This document shows, piece by piece, positions 22,093 to 34,885 of a stretch of DNA of 64,000 nt. How positions within the stretch are numbered: position 1 is the stretch's first letter; each line of letters begins with the position of its first letter. The notes below the pieces were generated by a model. The model saw nothing but the letters and a program-made list of their open reading frames with translations, was not told the DNA's origin and did not search any database. The stretch covers positions 310,001 to 374,000 of the forward strand of contig QPMI01000457.1 of the NCBI GenBank assembly GCA_004431415.1, read 5' to 3'. The stretch is from Cyanophora paradoxa CCMP329. Its lineage: Eukaryota; Plantae; Glaucophyta. The translations under genes were made by a program, and so were the position numbers.

Positions 22093-25000
22093 ATGGAGCC
22101 CGACGACGCTTCTTCGGCCCGCACTACCGACGCGCCTCTCGGCTCGGGGGGCGATCTCCGCCTCACGTTGTCTGGAACAACGGCTAGGTTTGAAGGTGAA
22201 CCCGCGTGTGCCGGCATCCGTCGAGGAGCAGCTAACACAGGCTCAGGTGGCGCGGGTCGGGGCTTGAATGGGCTGACGAGCCCCTCGCAAGGGCTTTCGC
22301 CCTCGTCGAGGTGCGCGCAACCGCCAATCGCGAAATGCAGTAGAGCGTGCCGACGAGCGCCTGTGCAGGGTGCGTATCGCCAGCAACGAGTCGGCTCGCA
22401 TTGCGGACGATGGCGGCACCTTCTCCGTGTCGTCAGCGGCGAGCAGCTTCGGGGACCTAGAGGCAAACCGCAGCTGGGGACAGGGCTCGGCCGGCGGCCC
22501 GCACGAGGAGGCGTCGCCGGTGGGCGACGGGGCCGGCGAGGCGGCGTGCGGCCCCATCTCAGCAGTGCTGAACAAGCGGCGCAAGTCGACCCCGCGCGTG
22601 ACCTTCGCGGAGCCAGAGCCGCCGGAGCCGCCGGAGCGGCCCGAGGGGGATGGGCCGGGCGCGCCGGCCAAGCCGCGGCGGCCCTCCACGCCGGGCCCCA
22701 GCGGTCGCGCGCACGCCCTGGCCAAGGGCGGCGTCCGCTTCGGCGGCGAGGCGGCGGCGGGGCGGGCGGCGAGGAGGGCGGCGCGCCGGGACCGCCCAAG
22801 GTGCCGAAGCGGCCGGTGACGCCCGGCCCGGGCTCGTACGCCAAGGCCCTGGCCAAGGGCATCGTGCGCTTCTCGGAGGAGGGCGGGGCGCAGGGCGAGG
22901 CGGGCGAGGCCGGGGCCGAGGCGGAGGGCGCCGAGGGCGGGGAGGAGGCCCGCGCGCCGGGGGTCCCCAAGCTCCGCCGCCCCGCCACGCCGGGGCCCTC
23001 CGCCGCGGCCGCCCGCGAGCGCCGCCGCTCGCTGCCCCAGTCCCCGCTGGCGCAGCCGCAGCCGCCGCCCGACGCGCCGGCGGAGCTGCCGGCGCCGGCG
23101 GCGCGGGCGGGGCCCGACGCGGCGCTGGACGGACGGGTGCGCCTCTCGCTGCCCGAGTCCCTGAACAAGCCCATCAGCGTCGAGGTGCGCCCCGCCGCCC
23201 CCGCTCCGCCCCGCGCCGCCCCGCCGCGCCGCTGAGCGGCGGCGCCGGCGAGCGAGCAGGACCTGGCGAGGCGGGTGACGGACCTCTCGCAGGGCGGCTC
23301 GGGGAAGAGCGTGCGGATCCAGCTGGACCGGGGCGACGACTCGGAGGGGAGCAGCGAGGGGAGCCCCGCGGCGGGCGCCGCGCCCTCAACGTCGACGAGG
23401 ACGGCGTGGAGGCGGCCTCCCTGGGGCGCCGCGCCCCGACGCCCCGCCCGCCCCGAAGCCCCGCCGCCACGCCCCGCCTCGGGCGATGGCGGGGGCGGGG
23501 CGGGGGCGGGGGCGGGGCGAGCCACTTCTCATCCCCCGAGTCCGGGCCCGTGGAGGCGCCGCGGCAGCAGGGGCGGCGCCTGCAGGTCCGCTCATCCATC
23601 GAGCTCAGCACGCCGCCGCCCGGCTGGTCCGCCGACGTCCCGGCCCCGCCCTCGCGGCCCCCGACGGCCGCCCTCGGCCGCCGCTCCCCGGCGGCGCCCT
23701 GGTCGGCGATGGACCTGTCGGGCCCCCGCGGGGAGGCCACCGTGAGCGACGACGACGAAGACGACGAGGACGACGACGGGGGCGACAGCGACGACAACGA
23801 TGAGGACGGGGGGCCGCGGGGGCGCGCGACGGCGTGGGGCGAGTCGCACGCGGCGCTCGCCGCCCGCCGGCGCTCCCTCCCGCACGTCCTCCCGCCCTCG
23901 CCCCGGCCCGGGGCGCCTTCCCGGGCTCGAGATCGAGGTCGGAATGGCCACCGCGCGGGCCGCGGCGCCGGCGGCGGCACCGGCGGGGGAGCAGCGGGAG
24001 GGCCGCCGACGGCGCGGCAGCGGGCGCTGAGCCTGCCGCGCTCGCACTCGATGCAGGCGCCGGTCTCGCCGTCGTTCGAGCCGTGGGAGGACGGGGAGCC
24101 CTGGGGCGCCGAGGGCTGGCGCGACGACCCCCGGCGCTCCTTCTCGCGCCCGAACACGGCGCGCGGGGCGGCCGCGCGGCGGCCCTCCGCCTCGGGGGCC
24201 GCCCTCCCCTCCGTCGTCGGCCCCGAGGAGCTCCCCGCCCTCGTCTCCCGCCTCAACGCCCTCATGGAGGCCTTCGAGGTCCCGTACCCCCCTCGCTCGT
24301 TTCCCGCCCCCCCCCACTCTCCCTCGCTCACGCACGCCGCAGTCCCCGGGGGACGCCCTCGCCCCCCCCTCCCTCGGTTCCCGCCGGCCCTCCCACGAGC
24401 CTCCCCCCGCGCCGACGGAGCGGCTGCAGGAGCCGCGGCCCCCGTCGGCCGCGCTGGGGGCGCCCCGCCCGGGCCACCGCCGCCACCTCTCCTCGGGGTC
24501 GACGGGCTTCGCCGGCGACCCCGACCTCTCCCCCGGGGCGCCGCCCCCCTCTTCCCCTCCCCGCACCTACCTCCGGCCGCACACCCTCGTCCCCTCGCCC
24601 TCTGCCGGGGCCCGCTCGCCCTCGCCCTCGCCGACGCCCCCGCCGCTCCCCAGCGGCCGCCCCCGCTTCAACTCGGACGAGGGGGCGTCCCCTTCCTCCG
24701 CCGGGCCCGACCGGAGACGCCCGCGCCGCCTCCTCCCGGTCCTCCCGCCCGCCCGCCGCCGCCCCGCCGCCCGCCCGCCTCGGCGGACGCCGATCTGACC
24801 GCCGCCCCCGCAGACCCCCAACCGCGGCACTCACCGCCCGCTCCGAGCGGCAGACGGCCGTTGCCGCGGCGGCGGCAGCAGCAGCGGCGGCGGCGCCGGG
24901 GCGGGGGCGCGGCGGCAGACGCTGCCGGCGCTGGGCGAGTCGAACCGGGAGAAGCTGTCGGAGCTCGTGACGCGCCTCTCCGAGATCCAGCAGGGGCAGG

Positions 25001-25868
25001 CCACCCCGAGGCGTGGGGCGGTGCCGCCGGGGGCGCCCCGGCCGGCGGCGGGGACGAGCCCGGCGCCTCGCCGCCCCGGCCGACGCGCCCGGCGCCGCGC
25101 TCGCCGGGGCGAACGCGGGGGCGGCGGGGCGGGGCTGGAGGTGCGGGACGTGGAGGAGGAGGACCTGCGGGAGCTCGGCATCTACGAGGACACCGCCGCC
25201 GGCTCCGCCAGCTCCGGCGAGGAGGGCTCCCGGCCCCGGCCCCCGCCCCGGCCCAGCAGCAGCGCCCGCCCAGCAGCAGCGCCCGCGGCCCGCCCCGCCC
25301 CCCTCCCCGGTCGCCGGCCAGCGCCGCCGCTCCTCCTTCGCCTCCATGGGCAGCGACGTGCGCTCGCCCCGCCCGCCCCGCCCCGCCCCGCCTCGCCCAA
25401 CTCCCTTCTCAGGTGCACGACGCGCTGCGGCGGATCTCGGACCTCGTTGCTGCCCGGCGGCCGCCGCCGCCTCCGAGCGCCCGGCGGCGCCGGCGCCGGC
25501 CGCCCCGGCCGAGCTGGCCGACGCGGCGCTCGCCGCCGCTCTGGCGGCCGCCGCGCCTCGGCCTCGGCGGCCGGCGAGCGGGGCCCCTCCCGGCCTCGGC
25601 CTCCCTCCTCCGCTCCGCCATCTTCCGCTCGGCGCCGGGCGGCACCTCCTCCTCCGCCGCCGCCTCCTTCGCGGGGCCGGCCTCGGCGGCCTCGCTGGCC
25701 CCCGACGCGACGCCGCTGGGGCGGCTTCTGCAGCAGGCGGGGGCGGCGGGGGCGCAGCCCGGGGGCCTGGCGCCGCACGACCGCGAGCGCAAGCTCCCCG
25801 CGAGCCGCTCCTTCAACGACGGCACCAGCGCCAGCCGGCGCCCCCGCCTCGGCGTCGAGGAGATGTAG
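22093..25868 (+). CDS. Hypothetical large low-complexity (Pro/Ala/Ser/Arg-rich) protein, multi-exon
   Basis: GC3-rich exons joined by typical introns (e.g. GAG|GTGCGC at 23185 to CAG at 23259). Repeated peptide LVSRLNALMEAFE / LVTRLSEIQQG. Ends RPRLGVEEM-TAG. Some frameshifts in G/C runs. Confidence 0.5.
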
Positions 25869-25970
25869 CCTGAGGCCGGCAGCCTGCAGGCCCCAGCGCC
25901 GCCCCGGCACCGATGCCCCCCGCCCGGACTCCGGGACCCCTGCCCCAAGGCCTCCCCCCCACGCCCCTCC

Positions 25971-26005
25971 CAGTTTATCGCAGTTTATCGCAGTTATCCG
26001 AGTTT
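25971..26005. repeat. Short tandem repeat (CAGTTTATCG) x~3
   Basis: cagtttatcg cagtttatcg cagttatccg agttt. Confidence 0.7.
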
Positions 26006-27181
26006 AGGGTTATTTCAGATCGAGCGCAATTTTCAGCACGGGGAAAATACCGCGGAGCTCGAGCGCATGCGCAGCCTTTAAGTGCCCCCGGGTACGGTTC
26101 GGCCCCGGGCCGGCCGCGGGTCTTCGAATATACAGGTTTACAGCGGCCCGCTCATGATCATGATCAGCCACGTGCGTGTGCATGCATATGTGCGCCGCAA
26201 CGCGCGCGTGTGTAATTCAATTCCCCATTATTCCCGCAACTTGGCAATAGTAGGCGGTGCGCGCGGCGCCGACCGTCGGACGCGGCGCCGTCGGCACCGC
26301 GCCGCCGCCGGTCCGGCGCGCGCCGCGCGCGGCGGCGCCGGCGAGCGCTCGCCGCTCGGATCGGAGGGCCGACGGAGGCTCAGCGGCTGGCGCAGCGGCG
26401 GCTGCGGGCCTGCGCCGCGTGCGCATGCGGGGATGATATCATTGATATGATACTAGTATCGCGATTGCGATATATGCATGCGCAGGCTCAAGCAGCGCAG
26501 CAGGCCCCAGGCCCACAGGGCGAACGGCGGCCCCAGCTGCAGCCTGCAGCGCCCAGCGCGCGCCGCGCGCGCCGCGGCGCGCGCGGCGCCGGCGCCGCGC
26601 CGCCCCAGCTGTGATGAGCCGGCACCTAGCCTAGTACTAGTAGACTGAGATGACTGTAGATCTAGATCTAGAATCTAGATCTCTCCGAGGCGCTAGGCTC
26701 GGACTCCCTCGGAGCTCGCGGATGACGCGGGACGGCGGGATATTTGGACGGCGGGTGCGAGCGTGACGTGCGTGACGCTCTGCTCGCCGAACCGACGATG
26801 GGTTCGCGCGCCCTTTTTAACCAGCCATTCTGTATGGAAGCCTTTTTCTTTCAACGGCCGGAATCCCATACCCGGCGGTTTTTCAACAGATCGCGATCGA
26901 TCGGTGAAGCGGCCCGTCTTCGCGCGTATGCAGATCTTCAGGATCGATATCGGCGATCCGTATAGCGCGTATGCATGTTGAAGTTTGCGGCGTACGCATA
27001 GCGATATCGATAGCAGCTGCTGCTGCATGCGGCGGAAAGCAAGCAAAGCACCCAGCAGCACAACCGCGCCAAGTTTTGAGAGCGCACGAGCGAGCGCTTG
27101 CGCGAGACAGAAGCGCGACCAGCACGAGAGACCCTTGAGCTGAGAACTAGCTGCATTCCCGGGCGAGCGGCTGCAGGGAAG

Positions 27182-29276
27182 ATGTCGCCTTCGTCAGGAG
27201 AGGTGGCGGGAGCAGGCTTCGGCCTGCACGCCGTCAAGCTGCCGAGAGCAGAGGTGGTGGCGACAACCGCCGAGAACCCAGTCCCCGTGGCGCCGTTCCT
27301 GGCGCCCCTCCCTACAGCGTCCACGTCCGCGAGCGTATCCAGGCCAGCTTCCCTCACGGGCCTCACCGCATCCGACTTGTGCGCCATCCCCGCAAGCCAC
27401 GTGAAGGCCGCGGACCAGCTGGACCTGCGGGTCCGCTCACAGGTGAGGCTTTCGGGGACGGGCGAGCGCTCGCATTTCTGACGGGACCCCTTGCAGGACG
27501 GAGGAGAGCTGCTTTTTAGGATACGGCGGACAACGCCGCTTCGAAAGCTCGTGCAGGCCTTTGCCGAGAAGCAGGGGACCGAGGCGGGCTTTTTGCAGCT
27601 CTCCTTCGAAGGATACGCCCTTCAGCACGACGATACAGCCGAGCGGGTGAGCGCCTCCCGCCCGCCGACGCTGGCCGCTTGACCGCTTGGCGCTTGACCG
27701 GACCGCTCACGTCGCTTTCCCGACCCCGCAGCTGGGCCTGCAGGACGGAGACGCGCTTTGCGGGCGCGTCGTGGAGCCCGTCTCGCGCCTCGCGTGGCTC
27801 GCCGCCGCCTCCTCCGACCCCGACTTCCTCTGCCACGTCGGTGCGTGCCCGGATCAAATTCCCTCCTCCCCCGCCCTTCTCATCGCGACGCGCCGGCGCA
27901 GCGAACGCCTTCCGATCCCTCTCCTGCAACGCCGGCAGCCGCGCCCGCCTCGTCGAGGAGGGCGCCCTGGGGCCCCTCGTCCGCCTCGCGCGGTCCCCCG
28001 CCCTCCCCGCCCGCCGAGCCGCCCTCTGCGCCCTCGCCCAGCTCGCCTCCAACGGTGCCCCTTTCCCTTCCATCCCTCCCGCCCGACAGTCCGGCCGGCC
28101 CGCTGACGCCGCGCGCGCTCGCAGAGGAGTCGAAGACGAAGCTGGTGGCGGGGGGCGTGCTGCCGCCCCTCGTTGAGGCGGCGTCCCACGAGGACCCCGA
28201 GCTCCAGCGCTGGGCCTCTTGGGCCCTCGTCCGCCTCTCCGTCCACGGTCCGCCCGCCCGCCCGCCCCGCCCGCCTCTCCGTCCCTCGATCCCGCGCCTC
28301 ACGCGGCGCCGCAGCGGACAACCGTGTGCAGATCGCCGAGGCGGGGGCGCTGGCGCCCCTCGTGGCCCTCTGCGCCTCGCCGGACGGGCAGGTCCTCCGC
28401 TGCGTCGCGGCCGCCCTCGTGAACCTCGCGGCGAGCGCCCCGAACCGGGCGCGCATGGCCCTCGAGGCGGCGCTGCCGGCCCTGGTCGGCCTGGCGCGCT
28501 CGGAGGACGCCCAGGTCCGCTTCTACGCCGCCTCCCTCTTCGGCAACCTCGCCGTCTGCGGTCCGCCCCCCTTCTCCTCTTGCTTCGAATCCGACCGGAC
28601 GCCGCCTCACGCCCGCCGTGCAGAGGAGAAGCGGGCGGCGCTGGCGGCGGGCGGAGCCCTCGGCGCGCTGCTCGCGCTGGCGCGGTCGGACGCGGACGCG
28701 GGGGTGCAGTCCAAGGCGGCGGCGGCGCTCTTCACGCTGCTCTCGCGGGACGAGAACCGGGCGCGGGTGGTCGCGGAGGGCGGCCTGCCGGTCTTCGTCG
28801 GCCTGGCCGCCTCGACCGCCTCGCCCGAGGTCCGCCAGTGCGCCGCCGCCGCCCTCGCCAACCTCGCCCTACACGGTCCGCCCCGCCCCGCCCCGCCACG
28901 CCCCTGCCTTTCTCCCTCCGCCCCCTGGCCAACGCTCCGGGCGGCAGACGCGGACAAGGGCCGGTTCATGGCGGCGGGGGCGCTCGAGGCGCTCGCGGCG
29001 TGCGCGCGGCACAGCGACCCGCAGGTCCAGCGCTGCGCCGCCGCCGCCGCCGTCAACCTCGCCTCCATCCGTGCGCCCCGCCCCGCCGGCCGCCCGCCCT
29101 TCCCCCGACCCTTCTGACCTCTCTGACCGCCTGCAGCGGCGCTGCGGGGCGAGGTGATCGCGCACGGCGGCGTGCACCTGCTGACGGCCCTCTCCCGCTC
29201 GGCGGACCCCGCAGTCCGCCACCTCGCCTCCTCCGCCCTCAACGACCTCGCCTGCTTCCCGGGCGTCGCCTTGTGA
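27182..29276 (+). CDS. SUMO-like domain plus armadillo-repeat protein, multi-exon
   Basis: Spliced QLDLRVRSQ|DGGELLFRIRRTTPLRKLVQAFAEKQG...LSFEGYALQHDDTAER|LGLQDGDAL matches the SUMO fold pattern. It is followed by about 7-8 ARM repeats (NRVQIAEAGALAPLVALC...AAALVNLA; NRARVVAEGGLPVFVGLA...AAAALANLA). Confidence 0.8.
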
Positions 29277-30257
29277 TGCGATCCCTTCCGTGACGGGCCC
29301 CTCCGGGATCCCGCAAGCGCTTCCTATTCTTCGCTCGTTGATTCTGTATAGGTTGAACAGTGTAGAGCTTCCAGTTAGCGCGGGGTAGGTTTCGGTACCC
29401 TTGTTGTCTCCGGTGCTTTCCCCCGGCGTAAGATCCTCCGTGAAATAGGGGGCAGCCGAAGGAGGATAGCGCCCGAGGCCTGCGACAGAGTCTTGTACAG
29501 TTCGTAGAATATAGAGAGACTATGACAGTCGGGCGCAGTCCCCCACTTTTTCGCTGTTCGGCAAAGCTTAGCAGAGAAAGACAAGCCAGATTATGCAGAT
29601 AAATAATTGTCAGGTGCCGTGTTGAGAGACGTTACTTGTACAGCCGTCGCGTACGACGTACGGTTAACAGTTTCGAATTCGGTTTTGACCCTTGCAGTGT
29701 CTATATATACTTATGTATACATCTCGAGCTCTATGCTGACATTATTTCAGCTTCCTTCGAATTCTTTGCTCAAATTCGCGTTCATTCGTCCCTCCTCGAT
29801 CCCTACAGCATTGTTAGTACAGTAATCTTGAAGCTTCGCTGGTTTTGCTATTGTCACAGGTACCGTCCGTAGCGTTGAGACTTAAGCTTATGCGTGTCGG
29901 CCTCTGGCGCCGGCCGGCCTCTCTCCTCCCCGGCCCGGCGGCCTGTTGTACGTTGCAATTGTAACTAGTAACTGATATCGATACGTATGCAGTACTTGCG
30001 GCCCCCGGCGGCTCGATGCCCTTCGAATGCGTTACGGCCGCCGCGGCCCCAGACTCTGAGATTTGAGGCGCCGTTAGCTTCGGCAGCTTTTCAAGTTTGT
30101 GATTCGTTTTCCACACTGACAGAATTCGAAGATGTAAGCGTGCATTTGAAATTGATCAGTGCTCATGACAGAACCCTCGTCGATAAGAGTGCACTACAGC
30201 AGTTGAATCGCGATCGGTACTCATGATCTTAACTTCGATCCAGGCCAGGTTCGGCGG

Positions 30258-33200
30258 TCAGGCGCGGGAGAGGCAGGCGTCGCGGAGCTGGCGGGCCTCG
30301 GGGGTGAGGGCGGCGAGGGCGGCCTGCAGGTCGCCCCCCGAGAGGGGCCGCCCCGCCCGCCACACGTCCGCGTCCTTGGCCGCCCCGGAGGCCTGCTCCC
30401 GCAGGAAGAGCACGTCGAAGCCCTTCTTGTACCAGAGCCGCGCGCACCCGTCCCCCGTCTTCTCCGCCGCCACCGCCAGCACCCGCGGCACCCTGCCCGC
30501 CCCCGGACTCGACCCCGCGCGGCTCGGAGGGCGGGGAGGGGGGTACGCACAGCTGGCGGAGCACGCGGTCCGCCGTGCAGAGGCGAACGAAGCGCTCCGC
30601 CGAGCGCTCCACGAGGACCAGGCTCTGCAGGGGGTACGCGCAAGCGTCAGAGAGGCGCGGGGCGGGGCGGGGGCGGGGGCGGGGCGGGGCGCGCGGTGAG
30701 GTGCGGGGCGGCGCGGAGGGAGAAGGAGAGGTCGAGGGCGTCCGAGGCGCCCGGGCCGTCGAGGGCGAGCTCCTCGAGGCCGCCCAGGCGGGCCCGCTGG
30801 AGGCCGGCCAGGAAGGCCCGCCACGCCCCGGAGCCCCGCCACGGCTCCACCCGCACCGCCGCCCCCCGCTGCCCCGCCACCCGCTCGAAGAAGAGCTCCC
30901 AGCACGGCGCCTGCGTCATGTGGTGCAGCGCCTCTGCGGCACGCGAGGGCCGGTCAAGAGTGGGGGGAGATGGGGGTACGGGCTCCGCACCGACGGGGAG
31001 GTCCCGGAAGGGGTACATGACGGGGGAGGGGGCCCCCGGGGAGAGGGAGGAGGCGGGCCTGCGGGCGGGGGCGGCGCTCAGGGCGGGGCGGGGCGGCTCG
31101 GGGGCGTGAGGAACGGCCTCGCGCACCGGGGCGGGGGCGGGGGCAGGGAGCGGAGGCACGCCGAGGCCACCGCGCGATGATAGTGCGCGTCTGACGGGCG
31201 GCGCGACGAGTTAGAAGGAGCGGTGAGGAGCGGGGCGGAGGGTCGAGGCGCACCGCGGCGGGCCCACTCGGCGGCGAGCGGGGAGCCGGCGGGGGCGAGG
31301 GCGGCGTCGGTCAGGTGGTGGCACGCCTCGCCGTGCTCGCACGCCGCGCAGCGCTCCGGGCAGCGCGTCAGGTGCCGCGCCCGGATGGCCGCCACGAGGA
31401 GGCGGTCGCGGAGGAAGAGGCGGCCCTCGGGCCCCGGCTCGGCCACGAGCCAGGGGAGCAGCAGGCCCCGCAGCTCCATCCACTCCCGCTCCACGGGCCG
31501 CTTCAGCAGCTCCCGCAGCGCCGCCCGGGCGAGGGCCTCCGGGATGCCCACGGGCTGGGCGGCGGCGAGGAGGGCGAGGGCGGCCTGCGCGGAGGCCTGC
31601 GCCCCGCCTGCGAGGAACTCGAGGCGCTCGGCGAGCCAGGCGGCGGCGACGGCGGGGTCCGCCGGCAGCGGCGACGGCCGCCCCGCCCGCTGCGGGGCGA
31701 CGAGCGCGCTGCAGCGGAGGCGCTCCTCGCGCCGCACGGCCTCCACGAAGGGCGAGGCGGCGCCCCGCGGGCTCGGCCCTTGCCGGGCGCGGCGGCGCTC
31801 TCCCCGAAGGCCCGCAGCTGCTCGGGGCCCTGAAAGAAGTTTGGGACAGAGCGGAGGGCGAGGGGCGGGAGGGCGACGGGCGAGGCGGCGCGGTGGGAGG
31901 CGGCGGCGGCGGCCGGGGGCGGCCCCGGGAAGAGGGCGTCGTGGAGGGGCGTGCCCGGGATGCAGGAGAGCACGAGGCGGAAGGCGCCCGGGGCGGCCCG
32001 CGCTGCCTCCAGGACCTCGGCCAGGGGCCCGGGGAGCAGCGCCCCGTCGACGACGAAGGCCGGGGCCGCGGCGCCGGCGGCGGCGAGGGCGGCGGGGAGG
32101 CCGGCGCGCAGCCGCGCCGCGTACTCGCGGTGGCCCTCCGAGGGGAGGTCCGGCAGGACGGGGTGGAAGAGGGCGCGGGCCACGGCGGGGCCGTCGGGCG
32201 GGAGGCTCGTGGCGCGCAGGAAGGCGGCGGAGACGGGCCGGCGGTGCTCCCCGCGCCCCCGCGCCCGCAGGAGCTCGGCGACGGCGGCGCCGAGGACCTG
32301 GCTCTTGCCGCTCCCCGAGGGGCCGACGAGGGCCCACACCGGCGGCTCCCGCGCCCCGCTCGAGAGCAGGAGCGCCACCTGTGGGGCGAGTCAGGGGCGG
32401 GGCGGGGCGCGCGGCGGGGCCCAGGAAAGAAAGAAAGGGGCGGACGATCTCGCGGAGGGCGGCGGAGGCGGGGTCGTCGTCGCTGCCGTCCCCGACCCGC
32501 TGCGAGGCGCGCTCCGCAAAGGCCTCCGCCTCCCGCGCCCAGCGCGCCCCGCGCCCCTCCTCCGGCGTCTCGGCGGCCGGCCCCGCCGCCGGCGCGTCGG
32601 CGGCGGCCTCGGGGAGGGCGAAGTGGGCGGCGGCGGCGGCGCGCAGGTGCCGGAAGAGCGCCTCGCTAAAGTCGGCCAGGGCGCCGGCGCCGATCTCGGC
32701 CGACTCGACCACCAGCGAGGGCGCGCTCGACGGCAGCGGCGGCCGCGCCGTGCTCGCCGCCGAGCAGGGGTCCGGCGGAGCAGCCGCCGCCGAGCTCGAG
32801 GGGTCCGAGGGCCGCCGGAAGGAGCCGGGCCTGGAGGCGGGCCCCGTGGCGGGGGCGCGGTAGGCGTAGCGGAAGAGGGCGGCGCCGCAGGAGGCGGCGC
32901 GGGCGCGCAGGGCGGCGATGCCGGCGGGGAGGGGCGCGGCGGCGGCCTCCTCGTGGGGCCCCTCCAGGTCGCGAACGAAGGCGGCGGCGGCGGGGCCCGC
33001 GCAGGCGGCGGCGCCGTACTCGAGCTCGAGGGCCGCGAGGGAGAGGCCGCGGGGCAGGTTGAGGAGGAAGCCGTAGCGGGCGAGGTCCGGCGCCGCCACG
33101 TCGCCGGCGCACGGGAGGTACTCGCCCAGGGGCGCCCCGTAGCGCGAGCCGACGACGGCGACGAAAAAGGGGCGGCACCGGTCGATCTCCTCCAGCGCGG

Positions 33201-34048
33201 GGAGCGCCTCGCCCCGCCGCGAGGAGCCGGCGCCCGGCTGCGGCGGCTGCGGCCCCGCCGCCCGTCAGCCCAAGCCCGAGCTCGGGCTCGGCATCAAAGG
33301 GACGCAAGGCAGAGCAGAGGCGCGCGCACGGAGGGGACGGAGGCCTCGAAGTGGAGGTGGTGGGGCCGCCCCCACTCGTTCAGGCGGGGCACGACGTCCC
33401 CCAGGACCGCCTCCCGCTCCGCACGCTGCGCCCCGCCCCACCGCCCCCGCCCCGTCGGCGCCTTGCGCCCGCGGCTGCGCCGCGCGGGCGCTCGCGCACC
33501 GCGTCTTCCGTGCTCGACACGAAGATGCGCGCCTGGCGCCAGCGGCCGGCGGGGCCCTGCGCCGCCGCCTCGCGCTCCTCCTCGGCCCTTTCCTCCGCCG
33601 CCCGCGCCGCCCGCGCCGCCGCCCCTTCGAGCGTCTCCTGCGACTTGAGCACCGCCTGCGTGCGGGGGACGCGCCGGTCGGCTGGGGCGGAGTGGGGCGC
33701 GAGGGGCGCGGCGCGCACGCTCGCGGGCAGCAGCGCCGAGGGGTGGTCTGTCAGGTGGACGAATCGGAAGTCGCGGGACGTGGACTCCGTCCCCTGCGGC
33801 GATGAGCTCCCGCGCCCCGTTCGCGCGCTTGGCGTCGCTGGGTGCGCAGCGGGGCTGACGCTCCTCCGCCGCGGATCCATGGCACGAATCCAGCTCCCGA
33901 GCTTCGGGCCGCCGTGCTCCGCCTCTACTGCGCCTCCATTCGCTATCGACTCGTCGGGCGCGTTACTCGCGCGCCGCCCCCGGTTGAGATCGGGGGCTGA
34001 TCGCCTTCGGGGCCCGGGCTTCGTGTGGGCCGAAGAGCCGGCTCCCAT
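30258..34048 (-). CDS. DUF4062-like domain plus STAND/NACHT-like P-loop NTPase (TEP1/NPHP3/NWD-like), multi-exon
   Basis: MGAGSS start; RIFVSST...RER; ALEEIDRCRPFFVAVVGSRYG (DUF4062 pattern); Walker [13 protein letters not shown]; Walker B-like AFVVDG; FRLVLSC; degenerate LRR-like C-terminus (LEELALDG, PHLTSLVL). Several probable frameshifts. Confidence 0.68.
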
Positions 34049-34885
34049 TTCGAATCAGGCAATCAGGCAGGTATGCTGAAGCCGATATTCAAGCTTCCGA
34101 TGTGTCGAATGCTTAGCTAAGCGCGAGCTCTGCCACGACGTCTATTTGAGCTCGGGAAGCGACGTCGCGTTGGTTGCGGCAGGACCGGGGACTCGGCGGG
34201 GAGGGCTGTCGGAAACTTGTCGATGCTTCGGACGAGCTCGGACGCGCTCGCAGGTCAACGTTCGCCGCTAGCTGGCGCCGGAACGGCCAATGACGCGTCA
34301 ACCTCGCAACCTTCTTCAAGCGGCTTCCTGGCACGCCGCACTGTGAGACTGTGGCTACCGTACCGGATCAGCGGACTCTTGCTGATGAATCTCAAGCTTG
34401 CGCCATGCTGGCGGGATGTGCGAACGGCCGAATTTTCCGGTAACCCCGAAAGAAAAGAAGACTTGTAAGAAGTCATCTGCGCACGCTTGATCGGAAGCTT
34501 GATCGGACTTCAACGAGCTTGCTCTAGATCAGAGAGAGCTGCGCATCGACTTCCCGGGCGCTCCTGCTCGACATCGAGGATTTGATCTTGGCCTTGCGGC
34601 TCCATCGTCCTTCTACGGGCGAGGATGCTCAACAGATTGTATGTAAGTCTCGTTTTTCTGCTATCGCAACCCTTACTCTCTGCAGCCGCCTCGGGGGGCG
34701 ATGGCGAGGCGATGTCGAGGCTCTGCACCGCGAGAGCCTGCAGTATCAGGAGCTCTACCTGAGCGCTGTCTCTGGAAAGCAGATGCGAATTGCTGCCGTC
34801 CAGACCGACGAGTGCGCTTACCCCGCTCACCCGGTTCCCTCCTCTGACTTCGACGCGTACGCGTCACGTCTGCACGCGCAGGCCT

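Noticed and set aside
26002-26012. Telomere-like TTTAGGGTT
   Set aside because: Single copy, expected by chance.
26611-26648. C/D box snoRNA (GTGATGA...CTGA)
   Set aside because: Only ~38 nt between the boxes and no terminal stem.
29636-29872. LELYADII resembling a reverse transcriptase YADD motif
   Set aside because: The second Asp is missing and no other RT motifs are nearby. At most an unprovable remnant.
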